A DNA stretch of 64,000 bases, from contig QPMI01000452.1 of assembly GCA_004431415.1 (NCBI GenBank), forward strand, positions 310,001 through 374,000, given 5' to 3'. Shown one piece after another: positions 44,849 through 55,913 of this stretch (the stretch's first letter is position 1; the number at the start of each line of letters is the position of its first letter). A model generated the notes under the pieces. It had not been told where the DNA came from. It saw only the letters and a program-made list of their open reading frames with translations, and did not search any database. This DNA is from Cyanophora paradoxa CCMP329. Taxonomy: Eukaryota > Plantae > Glaucophyta. The position numbers and the translations under genes are program-made.

Positions 44849-47800
44849 TTAAATTGCGACAGCAATGTAATGAATTGTAACTGGAAATCCTGGTCTGTCA
44901 AAAGAACTTAATGGAACTATGTCAAGCTCACAAGTGAAATAGCTACTGTAAACTTGTTTAAGCCTAACATACATTCGATAGTAGTAGGCTGTCTCATTGT
45001 GTTGTATACCAGTTGTTACAATAGGAGGGTTAGCAAAGCTGCTGTTGAAATTAATAGTGAGGTTAAACCTATGGTCAGGATTTGCCCAAAGATAAGGAGT
45101 AGTGTAAACATACGTTCCTGCTTGGATTTTCCCATTAAAATATGCATTGAGTTGACTGGAAAGATCTGCCTCTGTAATACATCGACTGATGGTCGCATTA
45201 TTTGAGGGGTTCATAGCATAGAAATTTCTTGCATAGGCATTTCCACGAACAAGTAAGGTTTTATCAAAGTAATTCTGCGAATTGTGGAAGAACCATGTTT
45301 CTTCAAACATAGGTCCTGCTGGTTCTACAATCTGACCTGATCCTACATACATTGTGTTGTTGGCTCTGATTGTGGTGGCTGTGAAAGGATCAAGAGTTGG
45401 TCTATTGGTCAAATCATTGTAGTTTCCTGAGAAAATTGCAGGTTTGTTATAGATATCTGTATTCCAATCATGAGTGTGTGCAAAATCTGTAATCTCTGCC
45501 TTTGTGTGGGTGTGACCAACATATGCAACATTTCCAAGATCTGTAATCTCTGCCTTGGTATGGGTGTGACCCACATATGCAACATTTCCGAGATCTAATA
45601 TCTCTGATTTAACATGAGTGTGAGCGAAATTTGTGATATCTGCTCTTGTGTGGAAGTGTGCAAAATCTGTAATTTGTGATTTGGTGTGAGTGTGTGCAAA
45701 ATCTGTGATTTCTGCCTTTGTGTGGGTGTGTGATCTATTATTTAGATCAAGGAAACTACCCGAAAATGCAACAGGATGCAGATTTGCAGCAGTAGGTTTA
45801 TTTATGAGATCATTATAATCTCCTGTGAAAGAGATGGTCTTTAGTTCACCCCTTCCTACATAATCAGAAGGGAGATCAATCTTAATGGGCATAATAGCTG
45901 GATCATCAGGTATCTCATACTCACCTCCTGGATGAACCACAGGAAAGGTTTGATTGCTTTCAGTATGGACAAAGAAGTTACATGCTGTTACTGTTCCATC
46001 AATAGTCCCACCTGTGAGAGGGAGGTAATTGCCTGTAACACCAATACCTATACCTGCAATGATTGTATTTAGTTCTGTTTCATCTATGTAGTTCTGAGCT
46101 TGAAGGTAATCCTCTGTGACTACTCTCGAAATGCTCTCATTGTGTATGTTTTTTGCAGCCATTCTTTGATTGGCTTCCAGAACCCCACCATAATCTGTTT
46201 TAATCCATGCAAGCTCTGCCCTTCCATAATTATCATTTGCAGTTCCCACTATGGGAATGTAGGAATACTTATCTCGACTGAAAACTATCATTGGTCTTGA
46301 GCCATCTAAGCTGCTTACATCTGCTACATGAACCTGTATAGCAGAGTTGTAATTTTGGTAGGTTGCTGGGTCTGTTGGGACTCTGAATGTATCTGTGGGA
46401 ATGTCAGCCTCCATGTAGCTTGACACAAAGATATTTGGTATGGTTGCTCCTGGTTCAGGTGGTGGATTATAAGAGCCTGGTAGTGTCCTAATATGAAGTG
46501 GTCCTCTCATAGCTGAATTCGCAAGTGTCCCATTCACATGAACATAGTGTTCATTCAAAAAGATTCTTTCAGGGACATTACAAGTCTGATAAAGAGAAAC
46601 CCCCAAGTTATCAAGAGGCTCTACCTTTGCGAATTCTGGTTGGTCATTGATCTCATCCCAAGTGTGTTCATGTTTGCTTGGTGGGAACTCAGTAGGTATC
46701 CCATCAATATCACCCCAATCATGCCTGTGATCTTCTGGTGGATACTTTTGAGGTTTGCCTAAGATCTCATCCCAATCATGATTGTGATCCTCTGGGGATA
46801 CTTTGCAGGTTTATTATTTATTTGTTCATAATCAGGAAAGAACTCCCAGATCTCAGGTCGAAATCCATCTGGTAACAATTCCTCATGGGGTTCATAAGGT
46901 TGCTCATAATCAACAGCTGGTGGATCATGCCCATCTGGCAAATACTCCTCATCAGGTTCATAGTTCTGCTCATACTCAAACTCTTGTGGATCTAAGCCAT
47001 CTGGTAGTATCTCCTCCTCATTGGGATCAAACTGATCATATTCATATTCTTGTGGGTCAAAACCATCTGGTAAATATTCTTCCTCATCTGGAACGAATTG
47101 ATATTCATCAAGCTCTAATATATCGATTTCAGGAGGTAAATACTGCTCATCTATTTGCTTTTTTGGTTCAATTATAGGTTTATTGCGAACTTGCTCCCAA
47201 CTAACAATGTGCTGCCCAAAGGCTACATCTTCAGTTGCTGTGTATTCTCTTCCAGGTTGCTTCTTTGGTGTTAAATCGGGTGGTCCATTGGGAAATGGAA
47301 TAGGGAATGGGACAGTAGGTCCATTGGGACCATAATGCTCAATGATTTCTCTTAGGGTTTTCTCACTTACAAGCTTCTCTCCATTTGCATACACATTGCT
47401 GCCATGGATATTTCGCCATTGCCTGGTTCGAATTCCAAGGTCTTTCACATTGCTATACAAAGGCAAAAGGTGCCTATCCATTTCGACTAAATCAGGATGC
47501 AAATGGATTGCTACTGGTTGACTGGGGCTACTGTTGATTGTAATTGATGGCTTTTTTTGATGGACATCTTTTGGAGTAAAGAACCCAAAAGGCTCATTTC
47601 TTGCAAAGTCATATGTAATATCCTTGGGGTAGACATCATTTGTGTAGGAGACCTGATTTGTATTGGCAATGGGACCCACTTGCAATACTTGGGGGACCTC
47701 TGCTTTTGGAGTGCTGCCCTCATTGTAAATTCGCAAACCTGTGTTCTGTTTGCCCTGCTCATCTTGAACATTGAAAACCAAACGACCACTATCAAACCTG

Positions 47801-48108
47801 GAAGGTATATCTGGATGGGTGCCACTGGTTTTCAGTTTCCTAGGTCTCCTTCTTGTTGCTTTGATCTCTGCAACTTGGTTGGCTTTCACATTACCCAAAC
47901 TAAAGGCTACACTGACATCCTCTTTATCTGGATCAGTTTGATTCACAGATAAAGCATGCTCCCTTGATTGAGTCTTTGATGAATTATCAGAGCTGTGGTC
48001 AATTGAAACTGAACCCTTTACTTTAATATTATCAAAGTTCACATGCTTGGTGCTGCTTGCATTATCATCTTGAATGGTTTCTAGATTGGGTGGGTAATTG
48101 AAGCTCAT
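44849..48108 (-). CDS. Long fibre protein (~1085 aa): acidic repeats, HxH repeats, C-terminal H-type-lectin-like domain; one frameshift near 46795
   Basis: Adding one C at the CCCC run joins ORF 48108 to ORF 46606 through YPPEDHNHDWDEI repeats. It has about 6 HTHTKAEITDFA-type repeats and INFNSSFANPPIV..IHYIAVA at the end. Confidence 0.8.
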
Positions 48109-48151
48109 GGCTTTTACTATATGGATTTATAAAATTCCTGATAAGTAAAAG

Positions 48152-49705
48152 ATGCCTCTCAAAGTAGTTCTCAGTTTGTCAGGGGAGGTGCAAGGGGCAT
48201 TATCATAACCAGGCTGCTCAAAGAAATCGAAAATCGAACTGGCAGGAGAATAATCGATCTTGTGGATCTTGTGAGTGGAACTTCCACTGGTGGGATCATT
48301 GCTATTGGGTTAAACATCAGGCATCCTGATAAACCAGGTGAACCTAAACTGACAGCAAACGATTTACACAATATTTACCTAACTCAACTGCCCTTGATTT
48401 TCGCAAATCCTCGAAATATCATTGAAAATGCCCTATTTAACACAAAGTATGATGTGGGACCCTTGGAGACTGCAATCAATTCAGTTACTGGTGAATCACT
48501 AATACAGGATTCCCTTAAGGACATTGTGATCACATCCTTTGATACTCAGAATATGAAACCAATATTTATCACAAATGACAACAATTACAACTTTATGCCT
48601 TGTAAGATTGCTGCTAGGGCTACTTCTGCTGCTCCTACATATTTCTCTCCTGTAAGCATTGTTGATTTCAATAGGGGAGTATATGTCTGTCTCATTGATG
48701 GTGCCATTTCGGGAAACAATAATCCCAGTGTGTGTGGTTACAGCCATGCAAAGAAGATTTACAGTGATGATGATGACATTATAGTAATAAGCATCTCTTG
48801 TGGAGAGGTGGACCCACATTTAGAGTCTGATTATGTGGGTTATGCTTATGAGACTGTAAACAGCTGGGGCATTCTCTCATGGATTGCCTCAACAGATGGA
48901 AGCCCATTGATTAACATGCTCATGGCTGCAAGTGAGCTATCTGCCCTTGATAAGATGGAGGAGTTGTTACCCTACAACTATGATCAGGATTATGGGAGAT
49001 ACTATAGGTTATCAGTCCCTCTTCCAAATCATATAGTAAGCTCCCTGGATGACACATCTAAGATCCCAGACATGCTTGCATTCACTGAAACATACATTGC
49101 AGCAAACAATGATATGATTAATAAGCTTTGCAGCCTACTAGTAGCAAACTATGAACTAAAGAACCCTACAAAGGCTTACATTTCATCCACTCTCACTACA
49201 TCACCTCCTTTGGATGCCAATTGGTATCAGCTTGCAGATGATGCCTTTACTGCCTCATCCTCTGTGACAGGTAAAGAGCCTTTCATGGCTAGACCTTCAG
49301 CATTTGGCTGGGAAGCTGGAGCCTATGCTCCTGAACAGATATGGGAAACCCCACTGAATACCTTCAAGTTGCTTTTCCATATACTTTTGAACTCTCCTCT
49401 GTGATTGCCTATGGATCAGGGACACCAATGCTTTTATTAAGACTTTCAATGTGGCAACATCCACTGATGGGATCAACTGGTCTTTTATTCGATCAGATGG
49501 GCAAAACAAAATATATGTCTGTGAGAACATTAACAATGCTCACAACTCTGGTGATGTGGCTCTATTGAGTGGGTTCCCTCTCAGCATCAAGGATGCTTTT
49601 TACATAGGTTATTCTCTGAGAATAAGATATATTCGCATTTATCCCCTTGTGTATGTGAATGCTCCCACAATGAGAGTTGACTTTACAGGTGCCTTTATTC
49701 GATAA
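48152..49705 (+). CDS. Patatin-like phospholipase fused to an F5/8 type C (discoidin) domain; frameshifts
   Basis: Patatin motifs GGGARG, GTSTG and LIDGA. C-terminal AFTASS..W..EYLQV..STDGINW..RYIRIYP..MRVDFTG. Confidence 0.88.
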
Positions 49706-50626
49706 ACTCCAACTGAAAAGAATTATCGATTCCATTCATATCAATCAGTTCACCAAAGTAATCTTTAAACTCCACAGTGAGTTCCCTTATCACCAGGTTT
49801 CTGTCATTGATTTGAATAAATTCTGCATGTTCACCACTATGGTAAACATAGCCCCTATATCTTTACTCAATTGCAATCTAAGGATAGCTCCCTGGTTTTG
49901 TGGTTGCGATTTTGGAATTATATTGTGTCTGCTGGCAAAGGGGGACAGCTCTTTAATATGCATGTACAGATACTGCTCAGCATTCATATCAGACATCTTC
50001 CTGCTGTCAAAATAATATTGCAAGGGCTTAGAGGAGAGTCTGGGTCCTGAGAAGGTGATTCCCCATGCTGGGTGATCAGGTGTAATAGGTTTGCCATCAT
50101 ACTTTAAAAGGTTCTCAGGTCGATAGGGAGATCCACCAACAGGAGGAGTGCTATAATACCCAGTGGTGTATTCAGTAGAACTTACACCCAAAAGCTTTCC
50201 TATTCTCTGGTTGCTTGCAATAAAACGAAACTCATGGTTACTGTAAAACTCCACTTTATAGGTTGTTGGGTTGTAGAATATCTTGAACTCAAAAGCTACT
50301 GTTTTGCCTGCAATAGTTTGGAAGCTTGAATAGTTCAGCCCATAATTATAAGGGTGTGTGACCCCAAAATGACCCTGATTGATGTAGCCACTGGGAAGGG
50401 GATACACTTGTTGTGTGATCACTTGGTTATATGAACCATCTTGGTAATTAAACTGAACTGTTAGATGATCAGTTCCCACACTGTTATAGATACTGTTTGG
50501 AATCTCTGCATAGAGAACCCTACATTCCCTTGGTCTCTCTACTGGAGTTGTGAGGGTGACCCTGTAAGAGTTTTCATTTTGTCCTTGGCTTCTATCCCTG
50601 CTATCAATATTAACGAGCCGGTTCAT
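49695..50626 (-). CDS. Minor capsid (penton) protein 1; frameshift near the 3' end
   Basis: MNRLVNIDSRDR..YRVTL..VLYAEIPNSIYN; the shifted tail reads ELTVEFKDYFGELIDMNGIDNSFQLEF. Confidence 0.85.
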
Positions 50627-50655
50627 TTTAATATATAAATATAGATAAAAGAAGA

Positions 50656-51666
50656 ATGCCTGTGGATTACATCGAGGTTAGCTCATTTAATACAATCTCT
50701 GGTGATGGTCCCACATCAAGCTTTGTGGCTAGACTCCCCAGTAGTTATGAGAATGTGAGGGCTGTGAGACTGGTCTCAGCCGAATTTTATAACAGTATCC
50801 CTATGGTGAGTGGTGAAACCAAAGCAGGAGATGTGACAGTTGACAATGCATTTAGCATTTATTATTCTGAACAAACTCCTGGAGCTGGAAGCTCAGGAAT
50901 TCCAACAGTTCGCCCAGCTGCTGACTATGAACAATGGAAACAATTCATTATAAGTCGAAACACCCCCATCCAAAGCCACCAGCAACTGGTGAATGTAATT
51001 AACTCTAAATTCGAAGGCAGAAATCCCCAACCATCCATTCGCTGCAAATGGGATGAATCACTGAAACGAATTATATTCCACTCAGCAGTACCATTTTACT
51101 TGGCTTTCTCAGTAGCTGTGAACCCAAGCCAACAAACAATCCAAAAGCTGTTGAGTTCAGCTAGACTGCTGGGTCTTGATCCTGGAAGATATGGTAACTC
51201 CCCAATCCAATCACAGGTCTATGATGCTCTCACTGATGGAATCTTTACTGGTGGTCGCGTGAATGGCATTATATCTTCTTTTGAGCCTGAGAAGACCAGG
51301 GACAGTGTTTTGTTTGTGAGAGTAAAGGAGCTGGGTGATCTGGTGCAATGTGGGGATGGTCTTCTGACTGGTTACTTTCACAAAATAGTGGTCCCTGATA
51401 AAGACTATGGTGAGCATGTTGTTTACAATTCAACAGAAGCTCACCCACTTTACAAATACTATAATAAAAAGGTTGGATTATCCACTTTCTCGGTTGATAT
51501 TGTAAATGCTATTAATGAACCAATTGATTTTGAGGGTCAACCTGTTCATCTTACCTTTGAAATTCGCTATGGTGATGAGCCAGCTGGGGACCCAGTTTAT
51601 GAATACTTCAAGATGCGAATGTCACAGCTTCACCCTTCCTATCCAGTTATTACAAACTTCGCATAA
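50656..51666 (+). CDS. Minor capsid (penton) protein 2
   Basis: SSFVARLPSSYENVRAVRLVSAEFYNS..LSTFSVDIVN..IDFEGQPVHLTFEI. Confidence 0.85.
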   Translation: MPVDYIEVSSFNTISGDGPTSSFVARLPSSYENVRAVRLVSAEFYNSIPMVSGETKAGDVTVDNAFSIYYSEQTPGAGSSGIPTVRPAADYEQWKQFIISRNTPIQSHQQLVNVINSKFEGRNPQPSIRCKWDESLKRIIFHSAVPFYLAFSVAVNPSQQTIQKLLSSARLLGLDPGRYGNSPIQSQVYDALTDGIFTGGRVNGIISSFEPEKTRDSVLFVRVKELGDLVQCGDGLLTGYFHKIVVPDKDYGEHVVYNSTEAHPLYKYYNKKVGLSTFSVDIVNAINEPIDFEGQPVHLTFEIRYGDEPAGDPVYEYFKMRMSQLHPSYPVITNFA

Positions 51667-51719
51667 ATTAAGGATCATTGGTAGATTTTTTATGTTGCAG
51701 TATAATAAAAGAGAATATA

Positions 51720-53086
51720 ATGGATATCACTTCCACTCTTCAAAGACTTTCGCTGAAAGAAGCCCTAACAACCCAGAAGAGGCGAAAGCCTTTTCCTGGA
51801 TAACTCCCTTATGCTTGGTCTCGAATCCAAATCTAAGCCAGTTCTAGTTGTTGTGAATCCCAGCAATACTTTTGAGAATAATGTTGGAAATCGCATTTCC
51901 TTCAAGCTACCTCGCTACAATTTCTGTGGAAAACTCGAACTTGCTTTCGACCTTCCAGCCATCACGTTTGCTGGTGATACTGACCTAGTTCGCAATGGAT
52001 ACACTCGCCCAGTTGGTGCTTTAGTTCAGCGACTTGAAATTACCTATGGATCTTACACCTACCATATTCCATCTGATTTCCTTGCTCATTTCCCCTGGTC
52101 TATTATTCGGAGGATCAACTAGCTAAAAAGAAGCGATCAATGGGCATGGTTCATGGCATCCCTGCTCGTGGAACCAACCGCCTTGGTGGCTCATTCTTTG
52201 TTGAAATCCCTGTGCCTTGGCTAAATCACTACCTTCCCTTGGTGCTTTATCTGGTGAAATGGTTGTTACTGTTTGGTTTAAGGATGCTGGAAAGGGTTAT
52301 GTTGAAACTTCCTATGGTGGTCGCTCTCTCCCTGTTGTTGGTGGGACAGTTGCTGATAAGACAGAAGATGATGGTCTTGGTGATACTGCTAATGCCACAC
52401 TTGCCCATGTTGGTCAAAATATCACAACTTTCAGTCTTGGTGCAACAACTCCTGTTATTTCTATTACTTCTCCTCGCCTTTACATGCATGCTATTAATGT
52501 TTCTGATGAGCTTTTCGCTACTGTCATTGAAAAGGTTAAGACAACTGGCATGGCTATTCCCTCCCTTGATATTGGATTTGTAGATGCTAGTGCTTTCCCT
52601 GCCAAGGGCAATGCCCAACCCAATCGAATTAACCTCTCTCAAATCTCAGGTCTTGTATATGCTCTGCTTGTTTCAGTTCGTGATCATGAAACTGTTGACA
52701 AATCCAATGGCTCCCACAGTGTTCTTAAGACCTATGCCAACTCCAAAGACATCACATTCACAACTGAAATAAATGGTCAGCGACTTTTTGCCACTGAGCC
52801 AATTTCCCTACTCAAAGGTGCTGAGCTAATTGCTGATGCCTTCAAATGCTCTAACATGGATAAGGTTGCTGATCGCTATGTCCTCTCAGGACTCCCATTC
52901 TGTCTTGATGGAGAAAAGGCAATTCGAAATATTGCCCAGTCTGGTTATGTTGATTTAACAAATTCCTCTTCTTCCTTCCTCACCCTCTACATGCCCTCAG
53001 ATAAGGTAATCGATGTTAATGTTCGCGCTCTCATGCATTCGTTTATAATTTTGGACAAGGATGGTTTAAGGCGTATAAATTTGTAG
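51720..53086 (+). CDS. Major capsid protein (double jelly roll); several frameshifts
   Basis: Aligns by eye with the 35008 MCP (LKEALTT/LKELLTT, FKLPR/FDLPR, LSQISGLVYALLVSVR/LANVSGLVHAILMTVR, GYVDLTNSSSS/GYTDFFNSSSS). Confidence 0.85.
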
Positions 53087-53150
53087 ATTGTTACGATATT
53101 CAGTCACCATGCATTATTTTTATCTGTATTTATTAGAAAGATATACAACA

Positions 53151-53932
53151 ATGAATGATTTGGATGAATTTGTGGCTGGTGAAATGATAGAACCACCATT
53201 TCGAGTCCTAGCAATTGGGAAATCAGCAACTGGTAAATCAGAAGCTGTAAAATATTGGTTGAAGCAGTTGCATGATGCCAAAAAGATTGATGTTGTATTA
53301 GTTGTGAGTGGAACCAGCTTCAATCATTTCTGGGATAAAGTTGCAACATTGCAACTGGGAAAATGGGATGCCCCTTACATTGCTAAATTGCTAGATGAAA
53401 GGCAAGAGAAAATAGAAAAAGGTGAACCTGTTAACCAGTTATGTGTGGTTCTAGATGATTTAATCGATAATGAGATTGTAGACCTAACTCGTGATAAAAT
53501 TATTGGCTCTCTGTATTCCAGAGGTCGCCATTCGAAAATATCCATTATCTGCATCACACAAAAGCTAAGGAAAGTCTCTTCGACTATTCGAGTTAATTCG
53601 GACTATGCTATGTTTTAAGTGCTGCAAATCGCAAAGAACTGGAAGCCATAGAGGAAGAATACAATATAATGCGAAATAAAGAGGATTTTTACAAGATGTT
53701 TGAAGAGTATGTTCACTCCTATCAGTATATTATTTGGTCCTCTGCAAACTACTCAGTTAAATACTATGTAGATAAAGCTGAGCTTGTGAAAGATTTCCCA
53801 TTTCCTCGCTTCCACAGAAAGCCAAAAAAGAAAGAAGATGAACTGAAACCTCCAGAGAAAGAGGAAGCCCCTAAAGAAGTGAAAAGCCAAGTCCATAGCA
53901 ATAAATTGATGCGATATAAACGCGGTTTATAA
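53151..53932 (+). CDS. A32-like packaging ATPase; frameshift near 53615
   Basis: GKSATGKS, VVLDD and GRHSKIS..ITQ..STIRVN. Confidence 0.93.
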
Positions 53933-53960
53933 AATTATCTCTCATTCTAATAAAGATACA

Positions 53961-54695
53961 ATGCCTCCCAAACGAAAGATAGGGATCCCAGCTGGGGCTG
54001 TTGGCTATTCAGGTGGTGGAAACAATGGATCCATTAATACTGAACCAATGAAATTCAATGGTATGAATGAGGTGAAGCCCTCACAGCAAGAAGAGGACCC
54101 TCTTAATGCTGCCTATGAGGAATCAGTCGATGATAAAGCCCCACAGGCTTCAACCAGTGATCAACTCAACATCTCACCAGAAGCTTCGAAAATGAGGGCT
54201 GTTGCTGAGGGTGCCAGGCGAATTATTGGTGCTGCTGATGATAAAGGTTTAGGCTTGCAAGATCTATCACTGGCTCGCAAAGGTGAAGGTCTTAGTAAGG
54301 AATCAGACAAGGTAATCCAGTCCATGGCTGGTGAAGTCACATATAAGACTGCTCCCACTCAAAATATTCATCGAATTCCCAAGGCTCAATGGGATGAGAT
54401 GACTGCTAAACTCAAAGATCTGGAAGCCAAATCCAGTGCTTTGGAGCAGTATGTTACTGAGAAGAAAGAGAGAGCCAAGCTAAAGGAGATGCTTCGAAAG
54501 GAAGTTTATAAAATGGGCATTACTGGTGTCCCAGATAAACAGTTTATTGCTAAGAAAGAGAACCAAATCGATGAGCAAGCAGTAGATGAAATGAAAACAA
54601 AGACCCAAAAGGGAACCATTGAACCTGGTGCCACTAAAGCTGAAGTAGAAAAGGGAGTAGCTCCCACAGTATATAAAAGACGAGTTTGGCTTTAA
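53961..54695 (+). CDS. Hypothetical viral protein (MPPKRK..)
   Basis: 244-aa ORF with an AT-rich leader and a coiled coil. Confidence 0.75.
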   Translation: MPPKRKIGIPAGAVGYSGGGNNGSINTEPMKFNGMNEVKPSQQEEDPLNAAYEESVDDKAPQASTSDQLNISPEASKMRAVAEGARRIIGAADDKGLGLQDLSLARKGEGLSKESDKVIQSMAGEVTYKTAPTQNIHRIPKAQWDEMTAKLKDLEAKSSALEQYVTEKKERAKLKEMLRKEVYKMGITGVPDKQFIAKKENQIDEQAVDEMKTKTQKGTIEPGATKAEVEKGVAPTVYKRRVWL

Positions 54696-54717
54696 TTTTC
54701 TCTGTTTTATTAGAGAC

Positions 54718-54990
54718 ATGGATATAATACGAAAGTTTATTGAGATGCTCAGTCTGCATGTGGTAAGCAATTGCCACAGTGGATGCTGTGACACAACAAT
54801 AGAGTTTGAGATGTCAGATACTGAGGATAATGTATCTGAGGCAAGAGAGAGAAGGAGATCAACAGTTTCTGTGGAGTCAATGCCAGCAGACCCCACAGAG
54901 TATACATATGAGCAACAGGAGTATCCAAGGAGAAGTTCTCTGCCAGCAGAAAACGTTTTCTCTGGGAATATAAATGGAGGACACTATTAG
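54718..54990 (+). CDS. Hypothetical protein
   Basis: 90-aa ORF with a CHSGCC motif, tightly packed between neighbours. Confidence 0.55.
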   Translation: MDIIRKFIEMLSLHVVSNCHSGCCDTTIEFEMSDTEDNVSEARERRRSTVSVESMPADPTEYTYEQQEYPRRSSLPAENVFSGNINGGHY

Positions 54991-55321
54991 TTTAATCGAG
55001 TTTACCAGTGATGAACCTGTTACTGAGGGTTCTATTAGACACATACTAGCAATGCAGAAACGATATAGAGAGGACCCAGAATATAGAGAGTATAAAAAGC
55101 AGCAAGCCCTGGCATCCTATTATCGCAGAAAAGCCCAAAAAGAGGAGCAGAGACCCAGAGGGAGACCGATTAAATATTATTTGCCTACTGATAGTAGCAA
55201 TGGACCCCAGGTCTATAAGATAATTGAGAAAAAGCGGTCTCAGTATGCCACTGAGGCAGCTATAAAAGTTTACAGACAGGAACTGGTGTTCGCAACAAAA
55301 AATGACTTAAGGAAAAAGTAG
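54974..55321 (+). CDS. Basic DNA-binding protein with an AT-hook-like motif
   Basis: RYREDPEYREYKKQQAL..YY..RPRGRP. Confidence 0.7.
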   Translation: MEDTISLIEFTSDEPVTEGSIRHILAMQKRYREDPEYREYKKQQALASYYRRKAQKEEQRPRGRPIKYYLPTDSSNGPQVYKIIEKKRSQYATEAAIKVYRQELVFATKNDLRKK

Positions 55322-55370
55322 ATAGATTGTATTGAGGAAAAATTATTTTCGTATCTACTATTAAAGAGAA

Positions 55371-55697
55371 ATGCCGAATATCCGCAAGATACTCACAGAT
55401 GATGAAAAAGCAGAGAAGCTGAGACTGAAAAGGGAGCAAGATGCCCAAAGAAAACGCGAAGCCTATCATAAAAAGAAGCAGGAACGATTATCCCAAGGAG
55501 CCGCTACAGTTCACACACCAGAAGAACTCAAAAAGATTGCCCTCAGACACCAGAGGAAATACAGGGAAAATGAAGAATATCGCGAGCAAAAAAAGGCAAA
55601 AGCGCTGGAATATTACCACAAGAAGAAAGATGAACAGCCCAAGAAACCCAAAGAGCATAAACCGGTTGGAAGACCTCGGAAATATATCGAAGAATAA
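55371..55697 (+). CDS. Basic DNA-binding protein with an AT-hook (paralogue of 54974)
   Basis: KYRENEEYREQKKAKALEYY..PVGRPRKY. Confidence 0.75.
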   Translation: MPNIRKILTDDEKAEKLRLKREQDAQRKREAYHKKKQERLSQGAATVHTPEELKKIALRHQRKYRENEEYREQKKAKALEYYHKKKDEQPKKPKEHKPVGRPRKYIEE

Positions 55698-55913
55698 ATT
55701 CTCGATCGAAACAAATTTTGTAGAAATCGATTTGATCGGAGGCAAAAAAATGACAGCTTTCTTCCCTCTTTTTAAAACTGTACCTATATATCGAGACAGT
55801 ATCCCGACCCAAAACTACTTAAGGACTTGGCAAATAATAGGATATATATAAAAGACAATTCCTCCTTCCGAAATTATTTTCTTCGTTAAAGGTAGAAGTC
55901 CCCAAAATCGAAA

